Under the pieces are notes generated by a model. The model was given only the letters and a program-made list of their open reading frames with translations, was not told the origin of the DNA and searched no databases. Shown piece after piece: positions 1-13,343 of a DNA stretch of 64,000 bases (position 1 is the first letter of the stretch; each line of letters opens with the position of its first letter). The position numbers were made by a program, and so were the translations under genes. Source of the stretch: Macrostomum hystrix (taxonomy: Eukaryota > Animalia > Platyhelminthes); the NCBI GenBank assembly GCA_950097015.1, contig CATNEN010000001.1, positions 22,692,001-22,756,000 of the forward strand. Reading direction: 5' to 3'.

Positions 1-678
1 CAAGAATTCTTGATGGTTATTCGATGTGACAGAAAACCGCGAGACGGGAGCACTTTTCTTAAAGACAGCTTTACAGCTTCTTTCGCTTCTCTATATTTTC
101 AAGTTGAGGCAGAGAAGAGAGAGACAAGAGCTGGCTCACTGGTGAGTACAGTTGAGGGCGTTGGTCGCTGTCTTTAATTCAAAACCTTCTTTCCACGCGA
201 CAAAGCAAGAAGAATGAATGCAATGCTTGAAGTGAATGTAAATTTGAGCAAAAAACTGAGTGAGTAAGAGAAGTTAGTGGCTTCGCCGACAACTCTAGCC
301 CACATTGAGCTGCTTGAGATATAGTTCTCAAAGCTACTGACACCGCTAGAGAAAAAATAGAGCTGGCAATAACACCTGCTAATTTGTCAGAAATTCGCAT
401 AAAATGAATGACTCAGAAACCATAAAGTTGGACAATAAATAACAGGTAAATAGCCGGGTTGGCTTTGAGTCCTGGGTGGAAACGCCTTAATTTTTGTATA
501 TGCGGACTAGCACGATTAGCCCCCCGTGATAGAGGCACATAGAAAATTAATTGAAAAGGAGTACTGGCAAAATATACGAGAATGAAAGCATACAGCCTTA
601 GACATAACTGTCCTTTAATGAACATCCTCACTAAATTTCTTAAAATATTGTAAGCCAAAATAACTACCCTAGAAATAC

Positions 679-757
679 GGGGGCTCAGTGGCAGAGCGCT
701 CTAACGCGTTTGTCTCTCGCACCAAGGTCCCTGAGCTCGATTCCGCGGCGAGGCCAC
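679..757 (+). mobile_element. tRNA-derived SINE, family A, 5' head only
   Basis: Pol III A-box-like TGGCAGAGCG and B-box-like GCTCGATTCC; the same sequence heads the longer copies at 35274 and 44412-44724. Confidence 0.7.
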
Positions 758-1036
758 AATAAAAAAATCGGTCATTCGGTTAGGGAGCTATCGTGAAATA
801 GGCAGTGGGTATTTGAAATAACCCCGTTGTCTTTCCCCAGGGGGGAAAGTAGCGTGTTTTTTTATTTCAAAGTATATACTCGTGCATAATAGGCCATTGT
901 AGCATCATATATACTCGCACAAAGAATTTTCATAGAAGTTACTGTGACACTGAATTAACCACGAAAGTCATGGACATAACGCTTGAAAAAAGACGAAACA
1001 CCTTTCAAATATTGCTATTGTAACCAAGGGCTTCAC

Positions 1037-4000
1037 CTGAATGACCCGCCTAGCGGCGAACAGCGACCAGCGCAGCCGTCTGAGCTGCCGCACAGCCAGC
1101 CAGCGCCTCACAGCCGCCTGGCACTTGGTCACGGCACTCAGCAGGTGAGCCCGCCGGCGAATCAGCATCTCAACGTGGTGATACTTGAGGAAAACTTTGT
1201 GCCGACCGACTAGCCAGCCTGTGAGGCCGAGCTTCTTGAGCACGGTCCGGCACAGATCCATGGCAGCCTGGCCGGCGGAAGCGCCTCGGCTGACGGGCGA
1301 GAAGCCGAGCACAAGCGGCCCGTAGTCGGCTAGGAACTCGCGGAAGCTCAGCCGATGTGAGTAGCCCTGTCGGCGAATCTCTACGGTTTCAAGTACACCT
1401 GTGTAGCGCAGCTGCTCTAGCACCTGCGGCGATTTCGAGACGATTGATTAGATAAATACTATCAAACAAATGAAGGCTGAATGCAATACTTAATTCAATA
1501 TCTCAGTAGTATGAGCAGAATTCGATAAGCAAAAAAAGAAAACGCTGCAAAAACTTCCAGCCCATCGATCTAACTCTCTGATTTATCATATGATAATTTA
1601 CGATCCTAACTGATAAAAATGGGGTCATTATCCACTGCATACTGATCATCATGGGTCATTATCCACTACCTACTGATCATCATGGGTCATTATCCACTCC
1701 CCACTGATCATCATGGGTCATTATCCACTGCATACTGATCATCATGGGTCATTATCCACTGCATACTGATCATCATGGGGTCATTATCCACTGCATACTG
1801 ATCATTATGGGGTCATTATCCACTGCATACTGATCATCATGGGGTCATTATCCACTGCATACTGATCATCATGGGGTCATTATCCACTGCATACTGATCA
1901 TCATGGGTCATTATCCGCTGCATACTGATCATCATGGGTCATTATCCACTACCTACTAATCAAAATGGGGTCATTATCCACTGCATACTGATCATCATGG
2001 GGTCATTATCCACTACCTACTGATCATCATGGGTCATTATCCGCTGCATACTGATCATCATGGGTCATTATCCGCTGCATACTGATCATCATGGGGTCAT
2101 TATCCACTGCATACTGATCATCATGGGGTCATTATCCACTGCATACTGATCATCATGGGGTCATTATCCACTGCATACTGATCATCATGGGTCATTATCC
2201 GCTGCATACTGATCATCATGGGTCATTATCCACTACCTACTGATCAAAATGGGGTCATTATCCACTGCATACTGATCATCATGGGTCATTATCCACTGCA
2301 TACTGATCATCATCGGTCATTATCCACTGCATACTGATCATCATGGGTCATTATCCACTGCATACTGATCATCATGGGTCATTATCCACTGCATACTGAT
2401 CATCATGGGGTCATTATCCACTGCATACTGATCATCATGGGGTCATTATCCACTGCATACTGATCATCATGGGGTCATTATCCACTGCATACTGATCATC
2501 ATGGGTCATTATCCACTGCATACTGATCATCATCGGTCATTATCCACTGCATACTGATCATCATGGGTCATTATCCACTACCTAATGACTACCAAAGGTT
2601 CATCATCCCTTTACTAGTCGATATCCCCTGGCTACAGATCCCATTAAATTCAGTTTCAACCCTAGCATCTAGCAACCCTATTATCAGTTCCAGAAAAAGC
2701 TGGATGGGTACAACTATAGTTTGCATATAAAATTAGAGCATTAGCCTGTGTATGCTCTTGACTAAAACTTTTTTGAGTAAATAGCAAGAGCAGATGCATT
2801 AATTAATCTGACTAAGGAGAGCATAGTTACTTCTAATCAAGTAAGTAGGCAGGTAAGTAGTGGGTATTTGAATAACGCCTGTGGTCTTTACCCAGTGGAA
2901 AAAGTAGCCTGGTCCTTTTACTGCAAAGTGTCTCGCTAAAGTACACAAATTGTTCCAGTGTAGTCGGGAATCGAACCCCCGACCTTCAAGCCGTAAGTCC
3001 GACGCTCTTAACCACCAGGCTACGACCCTTACCTTTTATTGAGCTTTTAAAAGCCAACTTAAATTCAAAACGATTGATTGAAACAAAAAAAAGTACTTTT
3101 AAAAGCAAAGAAAATGCTTCGCCACCTTATCCGGCTCGATCCGGTCCGGCCGGCCCTCCCTATTGGGCCGCAGGCAGCGCACAAAGTGCGGCTGGGCGGC
3201 CAGCAGCCGATTCAACAAATCGTGCAGCGAGGCTCGGAAATAGGCGGCCAGAGTCTGGCCGGTGATGCGGGAGCCGGCAACGCCGCTGCCGCCGCTGCTC
3301 AGCTTGTGCAGCCCGGCGCTGCTCAGCGGCGTGACCAGGGTGGAGCCGGAGCTGCCCGGCCGGCCCATAGACACCGCCGCGGACGAGCCGGCTGTAGCGC
3401 CAGCGGCATTGTTAGCGAACAAAGACCTCAACAGGGCCAGGTCTGAGCCGCGCAGCAGAGCGGCAATCTCCACTGGCAGGCGGTCTTTGTTCTTGCTGAG
3501 AAAGCCCTTAGTGGAATAGGTCACCTGACCTGCGTAGTGCCTCACGGTGAATGCCGGGTCCGTGGCAGCCTTTGGCGGCTGGTACAGCCTGGGGAATCTC
3601 TCGGCTGCGTGCTTGTGAAGCTTCTCAGTCAGGGTGAGGTCCGTGGCCTTGGGGAACGCGCACTCCTCGTCTAGCAGGGCCAGCAGGCCGTACGGACGGC
3701 CCAGCAGCAGGTCCAGCACCGGCTTGTTGTCGTACACCTGGCGCGGAGAGAATAGGAGGCTCTGACCTTTGCACTGATCTCTATAGCAAGTCCACTGCTC
3801 CCATTTCCCTGTCCACTGCTCCTATTTCCCTATCCACTCCTCCCATTCCCCTGTCCACAGCTCCCATTCCACTGTCCATTGCCCCCATTCCCCAGCTGAT
3901 TCCCATCACACCCAGAGCAGCGCACCTGCACGCTGATGCTGATGCCCTCCTGCTCCAGCTCGTGCTTCTCCCAGTTGAAGACGTGCTGAATGAAGAAATA

Positions 4001-7000
4001 ATGCAGCTGCTCGTTGGCCGTGTTGATGCACAGCTGCTCAAAACTATTGAAGCTGAGATTCTCGAACCCAAAGATGTCGAGAATGCCGATGGAGGAGGTC
4101 GAGCTGGAGCTGCCAGCAGGCGCCAGAAGGTCGTTGGTTCTCTGGACAATCCAGGAGAACAGCTTATTGTACACAGCCTTGGCCATGGCGTCCCGACTAG
4201 CTCTGGCATCCGCCGGACTGTGAAACTTCTGAATGGACTCTCCGCGAGCCACCAGAGAAGACTTGGTCAGGGCGTCCGCCAGGTCAACTGGTGACACGCC
4301 CAGCAGGTTGGCCGCCGCGGCGGCAGCGTCCGGATTGGCCACCTTGGACGAGTCAGTCGCAATGTCAGCGTTGGATCGCTCGACGTGGTCGTTGAATCGA
4401 AGGTTGCCTAGAAACAGAATGCCGGACAAAAGGCGGAACACGGAGGACACCTCGGACTCGGCGAAGCCCAGGTCCAGGAAGCCGCGCCGCACAGCCGAGA
4501 GGTGCGCTCTAAAAGTACATTCAAGACACAGCTGATATTAATAACAATAATAACAAGAGGGCTGCGGGCAATGGCGCATTATTTGCAATTCTGCCCAATT
4601 CGCTGACTCCCGAGCACACACACACAGATACCGTACGCAGGCACACACCCACACAGGTGTGTACATCTGCCCTGACTTTTTCATCGTTGGGCAGTGTACA
4701 CTTGATGGTTGGCCCCAAAAGGGCATAAATTGCGCGACAAGCCCGCAATCCATCTCTACGCGGCTGCGTCCCAAATGAATGTGGCCTCGCCGCGGAATCG
4801 AGCTTAATTAACTCTCTAATGCTTTATTTCACTCAGTTGTGAAATAGGTATTAGAATCAGCAAAGGTTAGACATTTGGGTGGGTGTGGCACCTCCTTTGG
4901 AAGGCCAATTGAGAGTGTACGCCCCTAGCCGACAAGAGAACCGCATAGAATGTGCATGTGCAACAGTCCAGTTCTCTCACCTGTGCACCGCGGCGCGGCC
5001 AGAGTCAGGCGCAAACGTGGCGTGCAGATAGCGGAAGTCGGTCTGTTTAGCCAGCAGGGCCGCGTGCTCGTGCGACTCGCCGTGAGCTAGGTGATAGAAG
5101 ATGTGAAAGTTGCGCTCTCCCTTGCTCTGGTAGACCACCCGAGCCTTCTCTAGCAGGAAGTGGGCGAGGCGGGCGCCCCGGATGCAGCCTGTTGGGGACA
5201 CCAGCAGCTCCAGGTACTTCCCGAATCTGCTGCTGTTCTCATTCAGCACCGTGGCAGCGTTGCCGAATGCCTCCAGCAGGGGATTCACCTGCGTGCCAGA
5301 TTCAGTGAACTCTTGGCTATTTGCTGTTGCTACTCATAGTACTATTAAGTAGCTAAATTCTAAGGCAACGTATTAGAGTATACTGCACTGCAGTCTTGAA
5401 ATAAAAATACAGACTAGATTACAGACTAGACAGACTAGAACAGAATATACAGACATACTAGAACAGAATATACAGACTAGAACAGAATATACAGACTGGA
5501 ACAGAATATACAGACTAAAACAGAATATACAGACTGGAACAGAATATACAGACAGGAACAGAATATACAGACTGGAACAGAATATACAGACAGGAACAGA
5601 ATATACAGACAGGAACAGAATATACAGACTGGAACAGAATATACAGACTAGAACAGAATATACAGACAGGAACAGAATATACAGACTGGAACAGAATATA
5701 CAGACTGGAACAGAATATACAGACTGGAACAGAATATACAGACAGACTGGAGCAGTCAGAGCTCGCACCAGTGAGTATATTCCTACCTGCAGGAGTCTCT
5801 CCATGAGAGCGGGTTGCTCAGTAGTACTGAGTCGCACCAGCTGTCTGAGCAGTAGGTCGGCTGTGCAAGTCTTTCCAGCGCCCGACTCGCCAGAAATCAC
5901 CACGCACTGGCCCCGACTGCCAGCCGACTGGCGCAGGCGCTGAAGGCACTCGTCGGCCACGGCGAAAACATGCGGCGAGTTGTCGGCCTTGGCGGCATCA
6001 CGGTATCGCTCAGCAATGGCATCCGTGTAGATTGACAGCTGCTTGAAGGGGTTGATAGCCAGCAAGATGTCGCCCAGGTAGGTATAGACCATGTCTGAGG
6101 AATAGCGCTGGGCCAGCTGGGCCAGGATGCCGTCCTCTGTCAGGTGTGACAGCTGTGCCAGGTCGTCCCACCGAGTCTGGGCCAGCAGGCGGCGACTCTT
6201 GCGACCCCCGCCTGCTGTTGAGAGCGCGAAAGTTTAATCAAAGTCGAACAGCGAAGAAAACTAGCGATATACTATGTAACTTAACGAAAAAATAAATATT
6301 GACAATTGTTTGCACTTTCTTAGATTAGAAAATTAACGGATTAATGGTTTAAATTATTGGATACTAAACTAACGAATAGTAGTTAGTTTCTCGACGAAAA
6401 AGGAATTTGACCAATTTTTAATTCAACGAATTTGGAATTAAACAACTTTCTAGGAACTCAATAAATTCGTAACTCAACGAACTAGCAATTCAACGACTAA
6501 TGATTTCAACGAATTCGGAATTCAACGAATTAGGAATTTAACGAATTTGGAATTCAACTAATTTGTACTTCAAGGAACTTAAAATTTAACGATTAAGAAA
6601 TTTAACGAATCAGGAAACTAACGCATAAGAAGACGAATAAATAAGCTTTTGATAAAAAATAAGTTCATATTTTCTTTTCAAAATTCAATAATTTTGGGAA
6701 TAAAAAATGAGAATAAAAAGCATCTAATATGCAGAAGTTATTATTTTTTATCGTAGTAGCTAGTAAGTATAGTAGAATAGAAATGAAGCAAGCTCACTTC
6801 GGCTAGATAAAAGCCACTACATCATTCTCAGAATTCTCGGAACTAAGAATACTTGCTCACTCACCTCCGCGTTGAGCAGCTGGGGAGGCAGCGGAGGCGG
6901 CAGGATCCGCAGCTGTCATCATTCCGCCAGCCTCCCAGGCGGCTTTGTCGCTGATGAGTCGCCGAAGCATGGCCACGGGATCTTCGCCGCTAGTAGCAGC

Positions 7001-10000
7001 GCCTCCTAGGCTGGCCAGGAAGAGGTGGCTGCGCAGTTCGGCAGCTGCGGGCCGGATCTCGTAGTCCTTCACCAGGCACTTGGCTATGAAATCGCGCAGC
7101 AGTGAGGAGTGCCGCTCCGGCCGGCGCAGAGTTGGCGGCGGGTCGCTGGGAATGCGGAACAGCGCCTTGATTGGCGGCAGGTCGGCCAGCGGCGGCTTGC
7201 CTTCGCACAGCTCGATCACGGAGATGCCGAGGCTCCACACGTCGCAGCGGTTGTCGTAGCTGCGGGAGATTTGGAGAACGGATTTGTTCCATGATTTTGT
7301 AGGACCAATCCGGTTAGGTCCTACAGGTCCTCAGTGCCTACCGGTTAGGTCCTACAGGTCCTCAGTGCCTAATCTCAGTGCCTAATCTCAGTGCCTAACC
7401 TCAGTGTCTAATCTCAGCGCCTAACCTCAGTGTCTAATCTCAGTGCCTAACCTCAGTGTCTAATCTCAGCGCCTAATCTCAGCGCCTAATCTCAGTGCCT
7501 AACCTCAGTGTCTAATCTCAGCGCCTAATCTCAGCGCCTAATCTCAGTGTCTAATCTCAGTGTCTAATCTCAGTGTCTTATCTTCTCGGTGTCTAATCTC
7601 AGTGTCTTATCTTCTTAGTGCCTAATCTCAGTGTCTAATCTCAGTGCCTAATCCCAGTGTCTTATCTTCTCAGTGTCTAATCTCAGTGTCTAATCTCAGT
7701 GCCTAACCTCAGTGTCTAATCTCAGTGCCTAATCCCAGTGCCTAATCTCAGTGCCTAACCTCAGTGTCTAATCTCAGCGCCTAATCTCAGCGCCTAATCT
7801 CAGTGCCTAACCTCAGTGTCTAATCTCAGCGCCTAATCTCAGCGCCTAATCTCAGTGCCTAATCTCAGTATCTAATCTCAGTGTCTAATCTCAGTGTCTA
7901 ATCTCAGTATCTTATCTTCTCAGTGTCTAATCTCAGTGTCTTATCTTCTTAGTGCCTAATCTCAGTGTCTAATCTCAGTGCCTAATCCCAGTGTCTTATC
8001 TTCTCAGTGTCTAATCTCAGTGTCTAATCTCAGTGCCTAACCTCAGTGTCTAATCTCAGTGCCTAATCCCAGTGCCTAATCTCAGTGCCTAACCTCAGTG
8101 TCTAATCTCAGCGCCTAATCTCAGTGCCTAATATCAGTGTCTTATCTTCTCAGTGTCTAATCTCAGTGCCTAACCTCAGTGTCTAATCTCAGTGCCTAAT
8201 CCCAGTGCCTAATCTCAGTGCCTAACCTCTGTGTCTAATCTCAGCGCCTAATCTCAGTGTCTTATCTTCTCAGTGTCTAATCTCAGTGTCTAATCTCAGT
8301 GTCTTATCTTCTCAGTGTCTAATCTCAGTGTCTAATCTCAGTGTCTAATCTCAGTGTCTTATCTTCTCAGTGTCTAATCTCAGTGTCTAATCTCAGTGTC
8401 TAATCTCAGTGCCTAATCTCAGTGTCTTATCTCAGTGCCTAATCTCAGTGCCTTATCTTCTCAGTGTCTAATCTCAGTGCCTAATCTCAGTGCCTAATCT
8501 TAGTGTCTTATCTTCTCAGTGTCTAATCTCAGTGTCTAATCTCAGTGTCTTATCTTCTCAGTGTCTAATCTCAGTGCCTAATCTCAGTGTCTTATCTTCT
8601 CAGTGTCTAATCTCAGCGCCTAATCTCAGTGCCTAATCTCAGTGTCTTATCTTCTCAGTGTCTAATCTCAGTGTCTAATCTCAGTGTCTTATCTTCTCAG
8701 TGTCTAATCTCAGTGTCTAATCTCAGTGTCTAATCTCAGTGTCTTATCTTTTCAGTGTCTAATCTCAGTGTCTAATCTCAGTGTCTAATCTCAGTGCCTA
8801 ATCTCAGTGTCTTATCTCAGTGCCTAATCTCAGTGCCTTATCTTCTCAGTGTCTAATCTCAGTGCCTAATCTCAGTGCCTAATCTCAGTGCCTAATCTTA
8901 GTGTCTTATCTTCTCAGTGTCTAATCTCAGTGTCTAATCTCAGTGTCTTATCTTCTCAGTGTCTAATCTCAGTGCCTAATCTCAGTGTCTTATCTTCTCA
9001 GTGTCTAATCTCAGTGTCTAATCTCAGCGTCTTATCTCAGTGCCTAATCTCAGTGCCTAATCTCAGTGTCTTATCTTCTCAGTGTCTAATCTCAGTGCCT
9101 AATCTCAGTGCCTAATCTTAGTGTCTTATCTTCTCAGTGTCTAATCTCAGTGTCTAATCTCAGTGTCTTATCTTCTCAGTGTCTAATCTCAGTGCCTAAT
9201 CTCAGTGTCTTATCTCAGTGCCTAATCTCAGTGCCTTATCTTCTCAGTGTCTAATCTCAGTGCCTAATCTCAGTGCCTAATCTCAGTGCCTAATCTTAGT
9301 GTCTTATCTTCTCAGTGTCTAATCTCAGTGCCTAATCTCAGTGTCTTATCTTCTCAGTGTCTAATCTCAGTGCCTAATCTCAGTGTCTTATCTTCTCAGC
9401 GTCTTATCTCAGTGTCTAATCTCAGTGTCTAATCTCAGTGTCAAATCTGTGTCTAATCTCGGAATTTAAGCCGAAACACACAGCACAAATCCTGGTGAAG
9501 GAATCAACAGTTACTCAGCCGCCATCGGGCAGGTCGAGTGCTCACCGATAATCCGCCTGGTTCTCGCAGGCAATGACCTCAGGTGACATCCAGAACGGGC
9601 TGCCAATAGCCGTGCTCCTCTTCTCGCCGATGTCTTTAAGGTGGGCGCTAACTCCGAAGTCGCTGAGCAGAACCCGACCGTCTTTGGTCAGTAGGATGTT
9701 GGCGCACTTCACATCCCGATGGATGATGCAGTTCGAGTGCAGAAACACCAGGGCAATCAGTGCGCTGCTGGCGATGTGCGCCACCACAGGCTCCGGCACA
9801 GTGAGCGCATTGGCGGCATGGTATTTGCTTAGAGATGCCACACTGCCGCCTTCGCATAGCTCCATGGCCAGCCAAATAGTCTGCTGCGGACTGCTGCGAT
9901 CCAGGTACAGGCCATAGAATCTCGGCAGATTCGGGTGATCAACAAACTGAGTGAGGACTCGAACCTCGGCGCGCAGCTCTTCAACAATATCCTGGCCATC

Positions 10001-10177
10001 GTTCATTATTTTCACGGCACAGATTCGGCCGCTGGTTTTCATGCGGGCCCGGCGAACAACACCATAGGTGCCACGGCCAATGTAATCACCAATCTCAAAT
10101 ACTGACAGGGGGTCGGCCTTCTGTACTGTTAGGCCTGGGAGAAACAGCGGCTGCTGCTGCTGCTTCTGTCGGTCCAT
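1037..10177 (-). CDS. MYO3: Class III myosin (STE20-like kinase + myosin motor + IQ), 5' part; gene continues beyond the left window edge. Exons: 10177-9546, 7259-6865, 6214-5787, 5288-4981, 4508-3926, 3737-3126, 1423-1037
   Basis: Kinase motifs [35 protein letters not shown]. Motor motifs GESGAGKT (P-loop), [53 protein letters not shown], and an IQ-like CQAAVRRW. All junctions are GT-AG with matching phases. Confidence 0.93.
1619..2585. repeat. Intronic minisatellite, ~31-32 bp unit (ATGGG[G]TCATTATCCACTGCATACTGATCATC)
   Basis: About 30 direct tandem copies. Confidence 0.97.
2855..3030 (-). mobile_element. tRNA-derived SINE, family B (tRNA-like head plus body)
   Basis: The minus strand has TAGCCTGGTGGTTAAG (A box) and GGTTCGATTCC (B box), but the acceptor stem does not pair. 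The body (GTGGGTATTTGAATAAC...AAAGTAGC) recurs at ~805-855. Confidence 0.6.
4540..4804 (-). mobile_element. SINE family A, 5'-truncated copy in a myosin intron
   Basis: High similarity to 44412-44724, 57600-57853 and 35274-35585; (TAA/TTA)-rich tail. Confidence 0.8.
5435..5745. repeat. Intronic minisatellite, 19-20 bp unit (GAACAGAATATACAGACTG)
   Basis: Tandem copies immediately after the myosin exon donor at 5787. Confidence 0.95.
7330..9460. repeat. Intronic satellite, 13 bp unit CTAATCTCAGTG[T/C] with longer CTTATCTTCTCAGTGT variants
   Basis: A ~2.1 kb tandem array filling myosin intron 1. Confidence 0.97.
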
Positions 10178-12093
10178 TTTAAAAGCTTGCTAAATTACTA
10201 ATCAACTAAAAGGATAGTTGTAATTATCTTCTGCTTATATTCTATGTATATCACACTTCTTTCTGAAGCATGACAATTGTCTGCAATGGGAGTTTGGTTC
10301 AATATTCTTTCATGAAAAGAGCTGCTTTATACCAAAGGCATTTCTTTATAAAGTACTTTTAAACTTTCTTTAGATGTCTAAAGAAGAGATGACTTGAATA
10401 TTTTTTCGAAAAAATCTACAAAATATTATAAAAGAGCCCTTAGTTTAAAGGAACGATTTACAGTTATATATTTAGAAACATGTTGAGATAAAAGGGTATA
10501 AAATTGAACAATTACTTATAATAGCTTAGTAAGTCAGATTCCCTATTCAATTTCATACTTTAGAGGGCATACAATTGAAAGTTAAGAAAGGAATTGACAA
10601 ACGACTTGGTCTTAAGATTAAGTATGTACCATTTGAAAAGAACTTCTGAGATTTCTAAAATCAGAAATTTCTGAAAAAATCTTTAACTGTAAAATAGTCA
10701 AAGAAACTATAAAACTATAAATGGAAGTATTAAATGGTTTGACATTGCAGTACTAAGATAAAAATTGATGTAGTGGTCCCACTAGAAACTGCCATTTTCT
10801 TAGTATATATACATACATATACATACGTTTTGTCGTTCAACTTTTACTTTTGGTGAAAATTTATGTTTTCTTTCGGTTAAGCCAACTTTTGTTATTAGAA
10901 ATTCGATTCAAGTCAGGGCAAGGAAATAAAATTTTATATACGAAAAAATATTTTATAGGCATTTCATAAACAATTAATTTGATTAACTTGCTCTACCTTT
11001 AGTCAAGCACATAATCTGATAAAAAAGGCAAGTGAAGTTTATATAAAATTAGCTTTCAAGGCTAAATTAAATATTGAAAAGGGGAGGGCGTGCCTCTGTA
11101 TTTTCGTGACCACTGTTCTGTGCTAAATCTGAACTTTTTGCACATTAGAACTTAACTTTTTCTAGAACATAAGTAAAAAAGCAAGTTCTTTATTTATTAC
11201 TTTAGTAAAATGTGGTACTTTTGTTTAACCTATTTTCTAAGAAAGTGCGAATTTACTTGTTCTTACGCGATCTTACATAATCTCTATGCAAGTATAATGA
11301 AGACCCGAGGTCAAGCTTAGTTATTTTACTCACATCAATTTAATTTTGCTACAGAAGCATCGCATTTATTAACATTGATATCATTTAAATATATATAATA
11401 AATCATTTTGTTTACTGCAACTATTTATTAGCTTTTTGATGATCGAGAAGTAATGTGCGGATATTCCAGTCGAATGCTTGCAAGTGTGCGAGTAGGCCTA
11501 TTGTTTATTTGGGCGTGGGCCGTGGTAACACGCTTTGGGATAGCATATGGTATGGTCAAGCACTCATCTAGGGCACTGGGGAGTTGTGGCCTTAGACAAT
11601 TATTAGAATTAGAGAACAGCACAAACAATTATTAGTACATTTCCAAAGCATGTTAGGCCTATGTTACGCTATGCTACATATCACTTTGAATGTGACTTTA
11701 ATTAGCAAAATATACAAATAAATAGGTCTAACAAGCTGCTTGCCTGAGCCTATTGACTACTAATGGTAGGCCTACTGCCACTTAGTCTTCTATAGGCTAT
11801 AGATGCTCAATCCCTGTAGGCCTATAGGCAAGATTCAGGCCCAAAGGCAATATTAATACTAGGCCTAACGTAATATAGCATAGGATGACAATCTAAAATG
11901 GTCTCATTGCCTCTATCATACTACTTCTTAATGTAAACTTGTTACTTGTCATGATAGTTTTGTTCAATACATTTTAAACCTTGTGCTGAATATATTCACT
12001 CAAGGTTTTTATAGTTTTAATGAGAGAAATTATTTTTCTATAGTAAACATTTTCTATCAGTAGGCCTTTTGTCTGTTGTTGATTAGGTTTATT

Positions 12094-12598
12094 TCATAGT
12101 GTAGATCATGTAGTGCACGCGAGAATTATCCCGCATGCATTTTCAAAAGTGGCGTGCATCGGCGTGCAATTAGGTAAGTAGCATGCATTTGGCGTGCATA
12201 ATGCACACTACATAAATGCATGCCATGTGCCTAGCACCTGATGTGGCAATGCTGCCAATTCATTGGTAACGAGACATAAAATATGTATTATTGTATTTAA
12301 CTTTTGAAAAAAACTATTGTATATAAACAGTGTATGACTGTTTCATTTCTTTTATTTCTTTTGTAATAAGAAGATAATAAGATATTTCATTTCTTTTGTA
12401 CATAGTTTGTTGTTTTGTTTTACACAGTGAAATTTAATTTGCATTTTTTGTCTTTCAATTTGAATTTCAATTTGTTGTTTATCATATTAATTAACCATCA
12501 ATAATATTCATCGGCATGTATTCTCTTGTCGTCGGTGTGCTTCTGGGGATTAGCTTTGGGTCATTTCTTGCGTGCACTTAGCATGATCCACACTATGG
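12094..12598. mobile_element. Non-autonomous DNA transposon (MITE), ~40 bp imperfect TIRs, 8-bp TSD
   Basis: CATAGTGTAGATCATGTAGTGCACGCGAGAA at the left end is inverted at the right end (TTCTTGCGTGCACTTAGCATGATCCACACTATG). GGTTTATT is duplicated at 12086-12093 and 12599-12606. Confidence 0.75.
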
Positions 12599-13343
12599 GG
12601 TTTATTGTCAAAGCCAAAAGCAGATAATTTTTAGTTTAAGTAGTTAATTTTTGTGCCAATAATTTTTAGATTTGTAGGCTATAGTACTGAGCCATGTGTA
12701 ACATTTCAAAGTTGCCAGTGGCCACTTTAAATTATGAACAATGCAACTTAACTTGTCACAGGACTGAAACTGTAGCAGAACAGTGGCGCCGCTGAAAAAA
12801 ACACCCTGGCTGCCAATCACTATTAAGTGTATTTATATATCAAGCCACTTAGCATACAGTATAAGAGTTCGCCATGACAGTTCTGACAGGTACGCTCTCG
12901 AACTGGCATTTCTCTTATAGAAGGTCCTCGCTAAATCTCTCCTCTATCCTTGGCTGCCGGCCGTCTATTACTTGCTGTCCTTTTCAGCAGATAAAACTGC
13001 TAGAAAGCAAGAAATTTTGAGAGCCTTTACCTTTACAAATTTTCGACCATATCTGTGGCTTTTTACCTTTTTATTTTGTGAGCAACTTTTCTGAAGATTC
13101 TAAACTAAAGGAAAATCTAAATGCTTTGCTGTTAGAGAAATAAAAAATCGAAAAAAATATTTAACCTGTAAAAATCGCTAAACCTGTAAAGTAACTCAAA
13201 ACCAGCTGAAAAAAAGCTCAGTGACTTTCAGCAGAAAAATACGATCCATTTTTTCATTCCATTTTATTTCTTATCAAAACTACGCGTGAAAGCTCTAGAG
13301 AAAAAACTGCAAAGCTGCTTCGCTCCGCATTAAACACCACAGC

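Noticed and set aside
2955-3030. Functional tRNA gene on the minus strand
   Set aside because: A/B boxes are present but the acceptor and anticodon stems do not pair well, and it is attached to a repeated body; better explained as a SINE head.
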